A stretch of 57,845 nucleotides of DNA. It comes from an uncultured Mycoplasmatota bacterium. Lineage in GTDB: Bacteria > Bacillota_I > Bacilli_A > RF39 > UBA660. Positions 29,988-37,840 of this stretch are shown here, one piece after another. The first letter of the stretch is position 1. Each line of letters begins with the position of its first letter. Location: positions 1 through 57,845 of the forward strand of contig CANEDJ010000003.1 of assembly GCA_947426265.1 (NCBI GenBank), read 5' to 3'. The notes under the pieces were generated by a model, which saw nothing but the letters and a program-made list of their open reading frames with translations, was not told the DNA's origin and did no database searches. Position numbers and translations under genes: made by a program.

Positions 29988-30986
29988 ATGTTTTTTAAAA
30001 AATTTAAAAAATCATTCCTTTTACTTCTTCTTTCATTATTTATCATACCAATAAACGCTTTTGCTTATTCAGATTATTTAATAGCTGGGGGAGAAAACAT
30101 TGGAATAGAAATCCATTCCAAAGGTGTGATGGTTGTAGGCTTATATCAAGTAGAAAATAAATATCCAGCAACAGAAGCAGGGCTAAAAGTAGGAGATATT
30201 ATAACAACAATCGAAGGGGAAAATGTTTCATCTGTAGAAGACATGGTAAAGAAAATAAGTTCGAATAAAAAAGATGGAACTATTCAAATTGGCTATTCAA
30301 GAGAAAATGAACAAAAAGAAACGAACTTAAAATTATACAAAGATGAAACAGGTGTATATAAGACTGGTCTTTATGTTAAAGATAGTATTACTGGGATTGG
30401 TACATTAACTTTCATTGATCCATCAAATAAGATATTTGGTGCCTTGGGCCATGAAATTATTGAAAAATCAACAGGCAGAGTTTTAGAGATTAAAGATGGA
30501 AAAATATTTGAGTCTAATGTTACTAGTATTACACCAAGTAAAGATGGCGTCCCTGGAGAAAAAAATGCAGAATTCCATTATGAGAAAGTCAATGGTACAA
30601 TTAGCGAAAATACAACACAAGGTATTTTTGGAACTTATACAGGAGAAATAGATGGAAAAACAAAATATAAAGTTTCAAAACCAGATGAGATAAAAAAAGG
30701 AACTGCGAAAATATTGACAGTGCTTGAAGATAAAACAATTAAAGAGTATACGATATCTATTACCAAGATTGATAAAAACACAAAGCAGAAAACTAAAAAT
30801 ATAGTATTTGAAATTACAGATCAAGAGTTGTTGCAAAAAACAGGCGGTATTGTGCAAGGAATGAGTGGTTCTCCAATTATTCAAGGTGATTCTATTATTG
30901 GTGCTGTGACACATGTTGTGATTGACAATCCTCAAAAAGGGTATGGTATTTTTATTACGAATATGTTAGAGGAAGCAGAAGATTAA
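29988..30986 (+). CDS. spoIVB: SpoIVB peptidase (S55) with PDZ domain
   Basis: Signal anchor, PDZ (EAGLKVGDIITTIEGENV), GIGTLTFIDP...GALGH, and catalytic GGIVQGMSGSPII. Confidence 0.9.
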   Translation: MFFKKFKKSFLLLLLSLFIIPINAFAYSDYLIAGGENIGIEIHSKGVMVVGLYQVENKYPATEAGLKVGDIITTIEGENVSSVEDMVKKISSNKKDGTIQIGYSRENEQKETNLKLYKDETGVYKTGLYVKDSITGIGTLTFIDPSNKIFGALGHEIIEKSTGRVLEIKDGKIFESNVTSITPSKDGVPGEKNAEFHYEKVNGTISENTTQGIFGTYTGEIDGKTKYKVSKPDEIKKGTAKILTVLEDKTIKEYTISITKIDKNTKQKTKNIVFEITDQELLQKTGGIVQGMSGSPIIQGDSIIGAVTHVVIDNPQKGYGIFITNMLEEAED

Positions 30987-31014
30987 GAAGCAAGCTAGCT
31001 TGACTTCTTTTTAC

Positions 31015-31043
31015 TTGAGAAAAAATAAGATCTATATTATAAT
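31015..31043 (+). promoter_or_regulatory. sigma-A type promoter of mscL
   Basis: TTGAGA-17 nt-TATAAT. Confidence 0.6.
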
Positions 31044-31065
31044 ATTACCCAGGAAGTGAATGTTT

Positions 31066-31467
31066 ATGTTAAAAGAATTTAAAGAATTTATTTCGAGAGG
31101 TAATGTCCTTGATATGGCAATAGGTGTTATTATTGGAGGTGCTTTTGGCAAAATTGTAACATCTGTTGTAAATGATTTATTAATGCCTTTAATTGGTATT
31201 GTATTAGGTGGTTTGGATTTCTCTAATTTATCATTTAAAATTGGTTCTGCAGAAATTTTATATGGATCATTTATTCAAAATGTAGTAGATTTCTTAATTG
31301 TGGCAGCTTGTATTTTTATTCTTATGAAAATTATCAATAAGTTAACTCACAAAGAAAAGAAAAAAGAAGAGAAAAAGGTTCCAGCTAAAGCAGATGACAT
31401 AGTATTGCTAGAAGAAATTAGAGATTTATTAAAAGAAGCAAAGAAGACAAAAAAAGCAGCGAAATAA
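31066..31467 (+). CDS. mscL: large-conductance mechanosensitive channel
   Basis: [44 protein letters not shown]. Confidence 0.92.
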   Translation: MLKEFKEFISRGNVLDMAIGVIIGGAFGKIVTSVVNDLLMPLIGIVLGGLDFSNLSFKIGSAEILYGSFIQNVVDFLIVAACIFILMKIINKLTHKEKKKEEKKVPAKADDIVLLEEIRDLLKEAKKTKKAAK

Positions 31468-31477
31468 TCGCTGTTTT

Positions 31478-31597
31478 TTATATAAATAATAAAGAAGAAA
31501 TATACATTGCTATTGTAGCAATTAATAAAAGGATAACTCCAATTTTTTTAAAATTAATGTTTACTTGTTTTCTTGATTTATTCTTTTCTTTAGCCAT
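31478..31597 (-). CDS. unlisted small ORF: 39-aa single-TM protein MAKEKNKSRKQVNINFKKIGVILLLIATIAMYISSLLFI
   Basis: AGGTGA SD 6 nt before ATG; basic N-terminus plus one TM; too short to be listed in the ORF track (shortest listed ORFs are 60 aa). Confidence 0.4.
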   Translation of the reverse strand: MAKEKNKSRKQVNINFKKIGVILLLIATIAMYISSLLFI

Positions 31598-31687
31598 GAA
31601 ATCACCTCATATAAGTATTATAATATAATTTTTTGTTTTTTGGAATATCTTTTTTTTGCTTTCATATGCTTAAGTGAGGTGGAATTG

Positions 31688-32317
31688 ATGAAGAAAGAAA
31701 TGGACAAGTTAAAAAGTAAAATTAGAACAAGCAAAAAATTCACCATATTTTTAGTTGTATTATTATTAGTTGGAGTAGTAGCTGGGACTTTATTTATTAC
31801 AATTTTATCTTCGACAGACAAATCTTTAGTCAAAGAGTACATGAATTCTTATATGTCAAGTATAGAAAAAGATAAAATCAATTATTTAGCGCTTTTTTGT
31901 AATTCTTTTTTGAAAGAATTCTTAATTGCTAGTGTGATTTGGTTACTTGGAATTTCCATTGTTGGTATACCTGCAATTTTATTTTTATTTTTTAAAGAAG
32001 CTTTTGTATTGGGCTTCTCAATAGGAAGTTTGTTGTTTGTTTATAAGGGAAAAGGATTGCTTTATGCATTATTTTATATTTTTCCTTGTCAAATTTTAAA
32101 TATTATTGCATATGGTATTTTATTAATGTATGCTCTTTCTGTTTCTATGAAGATGATTGAAGCAGTATTTAGACATAAAACAATAGATTTTAAAACGATT
32201 ATGGGAAAATATTCAAAAGTATTAGGAATTGTATTGATTTTATTCCTTGTAAGTTCATTGTTGGAAACTTTTTTACTACCAAACATTTTAAAGTGGTTAT
32301 TATCAATTATTAAATAA
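31688..32317 (+). CDS. spoIIM: stage II sporulation protein M
   Basis: Topology and motifs parallel B. subtilis SpoIIM (FFKEAFVLGF..., SSLLETFLLP); GAGGTGG SD before ATG 31688. Confidence 0.8.
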   Translation: MKKEMDKLKSKIRTSKKFTIFLVVLLLVGVVAGTLFITILSSTDKSLVKEYMNSYMSSIEKDKINYLALFCNSFLKEFLIASVIWLLGISIVGIPAILFLFFKEAFVLGFSIGSLLFVYKGKGLLYALFYIFPCQILNIIAYGILLMYALSVSMKMIEAVFRHKTIDFKTIMGKYSKVLGIVLILFLVSSLLETFLLPNILKWLLSIIK

Positions 32318-32363
32318 GTAGTAAAAGAAAAAAAATAATGATATAATATGATTGGTGAGTTTT

Positions 32364-33473
32364 ATGAAGAAAGTAGTCATTGGAATGAGTGGTGGAGTAG
32401 ATAGTAGTGTAGCCGCAATTTTATTAAAGCAACAAGGTTATGAAGTGATTGGTTTATTTATGAGAAATTGGGATGCGGCTTTAAATAATGATATTTTAGG
32501 GAACCCAACATTAGAAGAAAATATTTGCCCTCAGGAACAAGACTATAATGATGCATTAAAAGTGTGTGAGCAAATTGGAATTCCATTACACCGCATTGAT
32601 TTTGTAAAAGAATATTGGGAATATGTATTTACTTATTTTTTGGAAGAATTAAAACAAGGGAGAACGCCAAATCCAGACATTATGTGTAATAAATATATTA
32701 AGTTTGATATGTTTGTGCAAGAAGCTGAAAAATTGGGTGCTGATTATATTGCGACTGGTCATTATGCTAGAATTTTAGATGGGAAACTAATGAAAGCAGT
32801 TGACCATAATAAAGACCAGACATACTTTTTGTCTCAACTATCTAAAAAGCAGCTTTCAAATGTTTTGTTTCCAATCGGAGAATTGGAAAAAAGAGAGGTT
32901 CGCAAGATTGCTGATGAATTTGGATTAATAACTGCTGCCAAAAAGGATTCTACAGGAATATGTTTCATTGGTGAACGTAATTTTACTAAGTTCCTAGAAA
33001 ATTATTTACCAAATATTCCAGGAGATATTATAGATATTGAAACAAATACAGTAATAGGAAAACATATCGGATTAATGTATTATACAATTGGACAGCGGAA
33101 AGGGCTTAATTTAGGTGGAAATCATGATAGAGTGTTTGTAGTTGGAAAAGATTTATCAAAAAAGGTTTTGTATGTGGCACATGGAGATGATAATTCATAT
33201 CTTTTTAGTGATAGCGCTATTATAGATACTATTAATTGGATTAGTGATGAAAAACCAAAGAATTGTTTGGCAAAATTTCGATATCGGCAAAATGATAATC
33301 CTGTAGAAATGGAATACCTTGATGATAATCATATTTTAGTTAAATATCCACAAGGAGTAAAAGCAGTAACTCCAGGGCAAGCGTGTGTCTTTTATGCCGA
33401 AAATGGAGAATGCCTTGGTGGTGGATTAATTAAGGAAATAAGAAAAGAAGGGGAGAAACTTTGGTATTTATAA
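32364..33473 (+). CDS. mnmA: tRNA 2-thiouridine(34) synthase
   Basis: PP-loop [33 protein letters not shown], catalytic Cys [11 protein letters not shown]. Confidence 0.95.
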   Translation: MKKVVIGMSGGVDSSVAAILLKQQGYEVIGLFMRNWDAALNNDILGNPTLEENICPQEQDYNDALKVCEQIGIPLHRIDFVKEYWEYVFTYFLEELKQGRTPNPDIMCNKYIKFDMFVQEAEKLGADYIATGHYARILDGKLMKAVDHNKDQTYFLSQLSKKQLSNVLFPIGELEKREVRKIADEFGLITAAKKDSTGICFIGERNFTKFLENYLPNIPGDIIDIETNTVIGKHIGLMYYTIGQRKGLNLGGNHDRVFVVGKDLSKKVLYVAHGDDNSYLFSDSAIIDTINWISDEKPKNCLAKFRYRQNDNPVEMEYLDDNHILVKYPQGVKAVTPGQACVFYAENGECLGGGLIKEIRKEGEKLWYL

Positions 33474-33504
33474 AGTAGGGGAGGAGATTGTCACTTTCTC
33501 TACT
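33474..33504. repeat. inverted pair of the 13-nt motif AGTAGRGRARGTG; doubles as the mnmA terminator hairpin
   Basis: AGTAGGGGAGGAG (33474-33486, +) and CACTTTCTCTACT (33492-33504, i.e. minus-strand copy), followed by T7. Confidence 0.6.
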
Positions 33505-33534
33505 CTTTTTTTGTTCTATACTTTTTGTTTACAC

Positions 33535-33562
33535 TTGACATTTGACATAAAAGTGATAGAAT
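33535..33562 (+). promoter_or_regulatory. sigma-A type promoter of the XRE regulator gene
   Basis: TTGACA-16 nt-TAGAAT with extended TG (TGATAGAAT). Confidence 0.5.
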
Positions 33563-33580
33563 GATAATAGGAGGGTTGAT

Positions 33581-34366
33581 ATGATGAACAGATTAAACGA
33601 AATCTTGCATGAATTAGGAATATCAAAAGTAAAATTAGCTAAATTCTTAGGAGTTTCCAGACAAATGATTTATAATTACTTGGAACTAGATGATATCAAT
33701 AAATGGCCAAAAGATAAAAAAGTACTATTATTGAATTTGCTTGGAATTAAGTCTCCAGAAGAATTAGAGAATATAAAAGTAGACACAGACTATATTATGG
33801 ATGTAGAAGCTAGAATCAACAACTTATTTGAAAGCACTCAAAAAAATATTGCAAATGAAACAAATTCTATTTATAATGGATTAAATAAAAGACAAAAAGA
33901 AGTTATGGTAAATATTGTCGATTTGATGAAAGAACGTTTGGAAGATGATAAAGATGATGAGGCATATTATACTTTTAAATATTTGTATCATTTTTTACAG
34001 TCTTTGGATACTTCAAAAGAATTAAAGTATGTTTTAGCATATGTTGCAAAGGCAACTGGATTTGTAAAACCTCTGGAGTTTGTATTTGAAGAAAACGAAC
34101 AATTTATTTTTGAAAGTATTTTGTTTTCTGCTTTTACATTGTATAATGGGGGAGGTGCTTCCAAAACTAAAATAGCAGAGACTCATAGACGTTTTGTAGC
34201 TCAAATTGAACACAAAAATGAAGAAAGGATGAGCCGCACTTTAGAATTGAATACAATTAAAGTTCAGGCTTTAAAAGAACTTGGATATACTGAGATTAAC
34301 GAAAGAAATGCAGCAGAAATATTTGAAAAAATTGCTGAAATTCAATCAAGAAAAGTTGGACAATAA
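33581..34366 (+). CDS. XRE-family HTH protein with a ~195-aa uncharacterised helical C-terminal domain
   Basis: LNEILHELGISKVKLAKFLGVSRQMIYNYLE HTH; GGAGGG SD. Confidence 0.7.
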   Translation: MMNRLNEILHELGISKVKLAKFLGVSRQMIYNYLELDDINKWPKDKKVLLLNLLGIKSPEELENIKVDTDYIMDVEARINNLFESTQKNIANETNSIYNGLNKRQKEVMVNIVDLMKERLEDDKDDEAYYTFKYLYHFLQSLDTSKELKYVLAYVAKATGFVKPLEFVFEENEQFIFESILFSAFTLYNGGGASKTKIAETHRRFVAQIEHKNEERMSRTLELNTIKVQALKELGYTEINERNAAEIFEKIAEIQSRKVGQ

Positions 34367-34394
34367 ACACTACATTTTGTAGTTTTTTTTATGT

Positions 34395-34438
34395 CACTTC
34401 CCCTACTTTATTTTTTGAATTTTAATAGTAGAGTAGTG
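34395..34438. repeat. second inverted pair of the 13-nt motif
   Basis: CACTTCCCCTACT (34395-34407) and AGTAGAGTAGTG (34427-34438). 34392-34417 is a near-copy (21 of 25 identical, one indel) of 33489-33513. Confidence 0.55.
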
Positions 34439-34724
34439 TTATTTTTAACGCAAAAAACTATTAGTAGATGATGGATTATAAAGATAAAGTACTTAAAATG
34501 AAGTTATATAGAATAATAATTTCAGTATAATTATAGATATTTCTTTTCAATATAATAATGTATTAAAGCAAATGAAAAGAATTTATCTTTTGAAGGATAA
34601 TTATATTATTGATTTTTTAATGTTATAATATACAAAGCTAATTATGGTTATTATTTGTGCTATTTTTAATCCACTAACAACTTTCTATAATGTATATTAT
34701 GTTAACTTCTTTTGATAAAGAAAA

Positions 34725-35423
34725 TTATTTCTTTTGAAGCTTATTTATAATCATTGCTATAATATTACTCCAACTATCTTCATATTTATTTTTTTTAATG
34801 TTATATAAATGATTTTTAGCAATAATAGCTAGTTTATATTCTTCTTTTTTTGCACGTTTCTTTTTAGATAAAATATCATATAAAAAATCAATTATGTATT
34901 TACACGCTAAAAAAGTGATTAAAATTATGACAATACTAAAATATAAAGCGCTTTCATCTATATTATTAGCATTATTTTCGGACATGGATGGAATAGCAAA
35001 TAAATAAGAACAAATTAAGGGAAAAATTATTGAAGAAAAAAAGCTATTTTCTCCAGTTTTATTGTTTATACAAATTAGCTCTAAAAATTCCTCTATGTCA
35101 TGGTTATAGCTTTTTTTATATTTTTTTAAACAGTGAAAAAAGATTTGCTCGTCTGCTTTAAACTTATTCTTTTGGTTTTTATTTATATAGTAATACCAAA
35201 TGGATTCCCCTGCTTTTAACCATATCGCTACCCCAATAAATAGAGACATTATTTTAGCATAAACATCACCTATATTGAATTTGTTCCAATCTAAAATAAT
35301 ATGTATTGTCATTCCTAGAATCATTATGATGATTGAAATGATAACAATATTGATTGGATTATCATATTTATCCATTATAACTGTTTTCTTTTTATATTCT
35401 TCCCACCAATCTTCATGTATCAT
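34725..35423 (-). CDS. hypothetical 4-TM membrane protein (232 aa), distal gene of a 2-gene operon
   Basis: AGGTGA SD 5 nt before ATG 35423, overlapping the upstream gene's stop; extremely AT-rich, Lys/Ile/Asn-rich. Confidence 0.6.
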   Translation of the reverse strand: MIHEDWWEEYKKKTVIMDKYDNPINIVIISIIIMILGMTIHIILDWNKFNIGDVYAKIMSLFIGVAIWLKAGESIWYYYINKNQKNKFKADEQIFFHCLKKYKKSYNHDIEEFLELICINNKTGENSFFSSIIFPLICSYLFAIPSMSENNANNIDESALYFSIVIILITFLACKYIIDFLYDILSKKKRAKKEEYKLAIIAKNHLYNIKKNKYEDSWSNIIAMIINKLQKK

Positions 35424-35428
35424 TTTTA

Positions 35429-35935
35429 TCACCTACTCTCTTTTATTTGAATTTTGTCAATTTTATTATGTATAATAATGTTTATAAAAATTGAAAATGC
35501 AACAATTATAAGTGGCGTTAGCCATTGAAGCATAGATTTATCGAGAATGCCAAAAAGAATTGCTAGCACACTTGTGAAAAATGTAAGCACATTGATTGGG
35601 GTAATAAGATAAATGTTTTTATAGTTGTCAATTAGCCTAGATAAAAATTCTACAGTTTCATAATTTATAGTAATTGTTTCCCTTTCTAATTTAGCTAAAT
35701 TTTTACTTTTTAGAAATTCTTTGATTTCAATTAAGACTTTATCATCAATATTACAGTCTTTTATGATTTCAGAATCACTAAATTCTTTTTTTAAATTTTT
35801 ATAATATTCATTTACAAAATAGTTAAAAGTCTTATAAAAGCTTATTTTGTTTTTATTTATAGTCTTATTTATCTTTTTACTTTTTTTCTTATCTTTCAAA
35901 TATGATTTTAAATGTTTCTTTTCTAGTTCAAGCAT
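35429..35935 (-). CDS. hypothetical protein (168 aa): Lys-rich helical N-terminal domain plus 2 C-terminal TM helices
   Basis: AGAGGTGA SD 5 nt before ATG 35935 (the track's GTG 35944 lies inside the SD). Confidence 0.6.
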   Translation of the reverse strand: MLELEKKHLKSYLKDKKKSKKINKTINKNKISFYKTFNYFVNEYYKNLKKEFSDSEIIKDCNIDDKVLIEIKEFLKSKNLAKLERETITINYETVEFLSRLIDNYKNIYLITPINVLTFFTSVLAILFGILDKSMLQWLTPLIIVAFSIFINIIIHNKIDKIQIKESR

Positions 35936-35957
35936 AAAACTCACCTCTTAATTTTTT

Positions 35958-35966
35958 ATTATAGCA
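35958..35966 (-). promoter_or_regulatory. extended -10 element (TGCTATAAT) for the 2-gene membrane operon
   Basis: TGnTATAAT ~22 nt upstream of ATG 35935; no good -35. Confidence 0.4.
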
Positions 35967-35998
35967 CAAATATAACAAAAACGAACATAATTTCATCA

Positions 35999-36033
35999 TA
36001 AAAAAAATCAGAAACTTATTGAAAGCTTCTGAT
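35999..36033 (-). terminator. intrinsic terminator of the 20-codon mini-gene
   Basis: 11-bp stem (one mismatch) ATCAGAAGCTT-TCAAT-AAGTTTCTGAT followed by T8 on the minus strand; the mini-gene's stop codon sits in the loop. Confidence 0.7.
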
Positions 36034-36078
36034 ATTATTCCTCATATAATGAATGAGTAATATTAATAATAAAATCAT
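36016..36078 (-). CDS. unlisted 20-codon hydrophobic ORF MILLLILLIHYMRNNIRSFQ
   Basis: Own promoter, AAAGGGGA SD 4-5 nt before ATG, own terminator; too short to be listed in the ORF track. Confidence 0.45.
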   Translation of the reverse strand: MILLLILLIHYMRNNIRSFQ

Positions 36079-36106
36079 AAAATCCCCTTTTTTCTTTCGA
36101 GAGGAT

Positions 36107-36134
36107 ATTATAACAGAAATTTAAAAAAATGCAA
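36107..36134 (-). promoter_or_regulatory. sigma-A type promoter of the mini-gene
   Basis: TTGCAT-16 nt-TATAAT with extended TG (TGTTATAAT) on the minus strand. Confidence 0.55.
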
Positions 36135-36161
36135 ATTGATTAAAATCGTTCCAAATTCTAC

Positions 36162-36173
36162 CACTTCCCTACT
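36162..36173 (-). repeat. fifth copy of the 13-nt motif
   Basis: CACTTCCCTACT (plus strand) = AGTAGGGAAGTG on the minus strand; lies between two divergent promoters. Confidence 0.5.
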
Positions 36174-36177
36174 CTTT

Positions 36178-36207
36178 GCATAATTCACTCATAAGCAATC
36201 CATAATA
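36178..36207 (+). promoter_or_regulatory. forespore sigma-G-like promoter
   Basis: GCATA-18 nt-CATAATA matches GnATR-17/18-CATnnTA. Caveat: this leaves only a ~10-nt leader before ATG 36225. Confidence 0.35.
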
Positions 36208-36224
36208 CTAATGGGTGATGAAAT

Positions 36225-36434
36225 ATGGCAAAGAAAAATATGAAACAGTCTAATAAAGCATCTGTAAAGAACTGTAAGAATAATAATGTTAGTAATGCTA
36301 ACAATAATGCAGTAACTGATGCTAATAGTAATAAAGTTTCAAACAAAGCCAATAATGAAATTGGTTTTGATGACGCTGAAGACCATTCGTTTGAACTAGA
36401 TGAAGATAATGGCGATTCTTTTAGACTAATATAG
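36225..36434 (+). CDS. small Asn/Lys/Asp-rich protein (69 aa); possible minor spore protein
   Basis: GGGTGA SD 6 nt before ATG, strong terminator directly downstream; basic N-terminal half, acidic C-terminus. Confidence 0.55.
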   Translation: MAKKNMKQSNKASVKNCKNNNVSNANNNAVTDANSNKVSNKANNEIGFDDAEDHSFELDEDNGDSFRLI

Positions 36435-36446
36435 GTAGTCATACCT

Positions 36447-36474
36447 AAGAAAGAGTTTTCTCTTTCTTTTTTTT
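36447..36474 (+). terminator. intrinsic terminator
   Basis: 9-bp stem AAGAAAGAG-TTTT-CTCTTTCTT followed by T8. Confidence 0.8.
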
Positions 36475-37219
36475 AAAAACAATAATGATTCATTAACATA
36501 ACTCCAACACCTAATCCAAAATAAAGCAAAGATTTTTTTTCAAAATGATAATTCAATGAAGTTGGCAATAATTCATTTAATGAAATATGTATCATAATGC
36601 CAGCAATCGTAATATATATCATTCCCATAATAGATTCTGTAATTATGCTTCCTAACAAGAAAAATGCTAATAAAGCACCAAATAGTTCAGACATTCCAGA
36701 GATAAAAGTATAAAATATGGCTTTTTTATGGCTTTTAGATGCATAAAAAATAGGAATTGAAATACTGATACCTTCTGGGATATTGTGTAGCGCTATAGCA
36801 ATAGAAAGAGAAATTCCGAGGGACAAGTTGTGAGAACTGGTAATGAATGTTGCGATACCTTCAGGAATATTATGAATGATAATGGCGAGCATGGAAATAA
36901 TTCCTACTCGATATAACTTTGAATTGTTTTTAGAAGATTCTGGCAAATAATGATTGATAGAAATTGAAATTAAAATGCCAATGAGTAAAAATAAAAATGT
37001 AATAAAAATAACAGTCCATGAGTTAACATGTGCTTTTAATAAACTTTGACCTTCAGGAATTAAATCAGTTAGAGAAACTGTAATCATAACTCCAGCAGCA
37101 AAAGCAAGCGCTTTCATTACTAATGTGTCCTTTTTTTTGAAAAATATAAAAAGTGTTCCTATCATAGTAGAAAATCCTGCTAATGTTGTTAAAATAAATG
37201 CTTGTACAGTATTTGTCAT
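36473..37219 (-). CDS. zupT: ZIP-family zinc transporter
   Basis: 8 TM segments; HNIPEGIA and HNIPEGIS metal-binding motifs. Confidence 0.9.
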   Translation of the reverse strand: MTNTVQAFILTTLAGFSTMIGTLFIFFKKKDTLVMKALAFAAGVMITVSLTDLIPEGQSLLKAHVNSWTVIFITFLFLLIGILISISINHYLPESSKNNSKLYRVGIISMLAIIIHNIPEGIATFITSSHNLSLGISLSIAIALHNIPEGISISIPIFYASKSHKKAIFYTFISGMSELFGALLAFFLLGSIITESIMGMIYITIAGIMIHISLNELLPTSLNYHFEKKSLLYFGLGVGVMLMNHYCF

Positions 37220-37306
37220 AATCTCACCTACTTTAATATATTCAAAAAGAAAAAGATTATTGTTTAAAATATCTTTTTCATGTACACAATAAAAATGGTG
37301 AAGACT

Positions 37307-37840
37307 ATGTATTATTTAAATTGTTTCTTTTTATATTCTATTGTTGGATTTTTATTTGAGCATCTTGTCTACTTTTTTATGAATCGTCATGGAGATAGTG
37401 GGATTTTATATGGACCTTGGACACCTGTTTATGGAATTGGAATTATCATTATCATATTAACTTCTAATTTTATCTTTAAAAATTTACACACTTCTAAACT
37501 GTTTCAAACCTTTATTATTTTTGTAGCAGTTATTGTCCTTTTAACGACCATAGAATTAATTGGCGGTGTGTTAATTGAAAAAATATTTAAAATCACATTT
37601 TGGGATTACAGCAATTTAAAATTTCATATTGGAAAGTATATCTCATTAGAAATTTCTTTGGCATGGGGATTTTTAAGCATATTTGTAATTTATGTAATAA
37701 AGCCTTTATTTGATAAAATGATTGCGAAAATACCTTCTTGGTTAACATTTCTTTTGCTCACTCTTTTCTTAATTGATATTGCAGCTACTCTATTTTTGAA
37801 AACAAAATTAAAAGATTACTTTATCAAAGTTTTTAAGTAA
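37307..37840 (+). CDS. membrane protein of the putative ABC-transporter type IV / CmpB-like (DUF1113) family
   Basis: FFLYSIVGFLFEHLVY...GILYGPWTPVYGIG pattern; start uncertain (37280, 37295 or 37307). Confidence 0.65.
   Translation: MYYLNCFFLYSIVGFLFEHLVYFFMNRHGDSGILYGPWTPVYGIGIIIIILTSNFIFKNLHTSKLFQTFIIFVAVIVLLTTIELIGGVLIEKIFKITFWDYSNLKFHIGKYISLEISLAWGFLSIFVIYVIKPLFDKMIAKIPSWLTFLLLTLFLIDIAATLFLKTKLKDYFIKVFK

Noticed and set aside
34395-34422. Resemblance of the repeat (ACTTCCCCTACT...) to the Bacillus dif site (ACTTCCTAGAATATATATTATGTAAACT)
   Set aside because: Only the first 6 nt and scattered A/T positions match (about 17 of 28), which is not meaningful in AT-rich DNA. So there is no support for a Xer-exploiting element, despite the xerD-like gene 2.4 kb away.
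36185-36442. 85-aa minus-strand ORF antisense to the Asn-rich gene
   Set aside because: No SD or promoter. The SD and the T-run terminator are oriented for the plus-strand ORF. The Leu/Ser-rich sequence is the complement of AAT/AAC repeats.
37220-37279. Possible Zur/Fur-type operator upstream of zupT (AAGATTATTGTTTAAAATATCTT)
   Set aside because: Only the outer AAGAT/ATCTT arms are palindromic, and there is no match to the TCGTAATNATTACGA-type Zur box core. Not distinguishable from AT-rich background.
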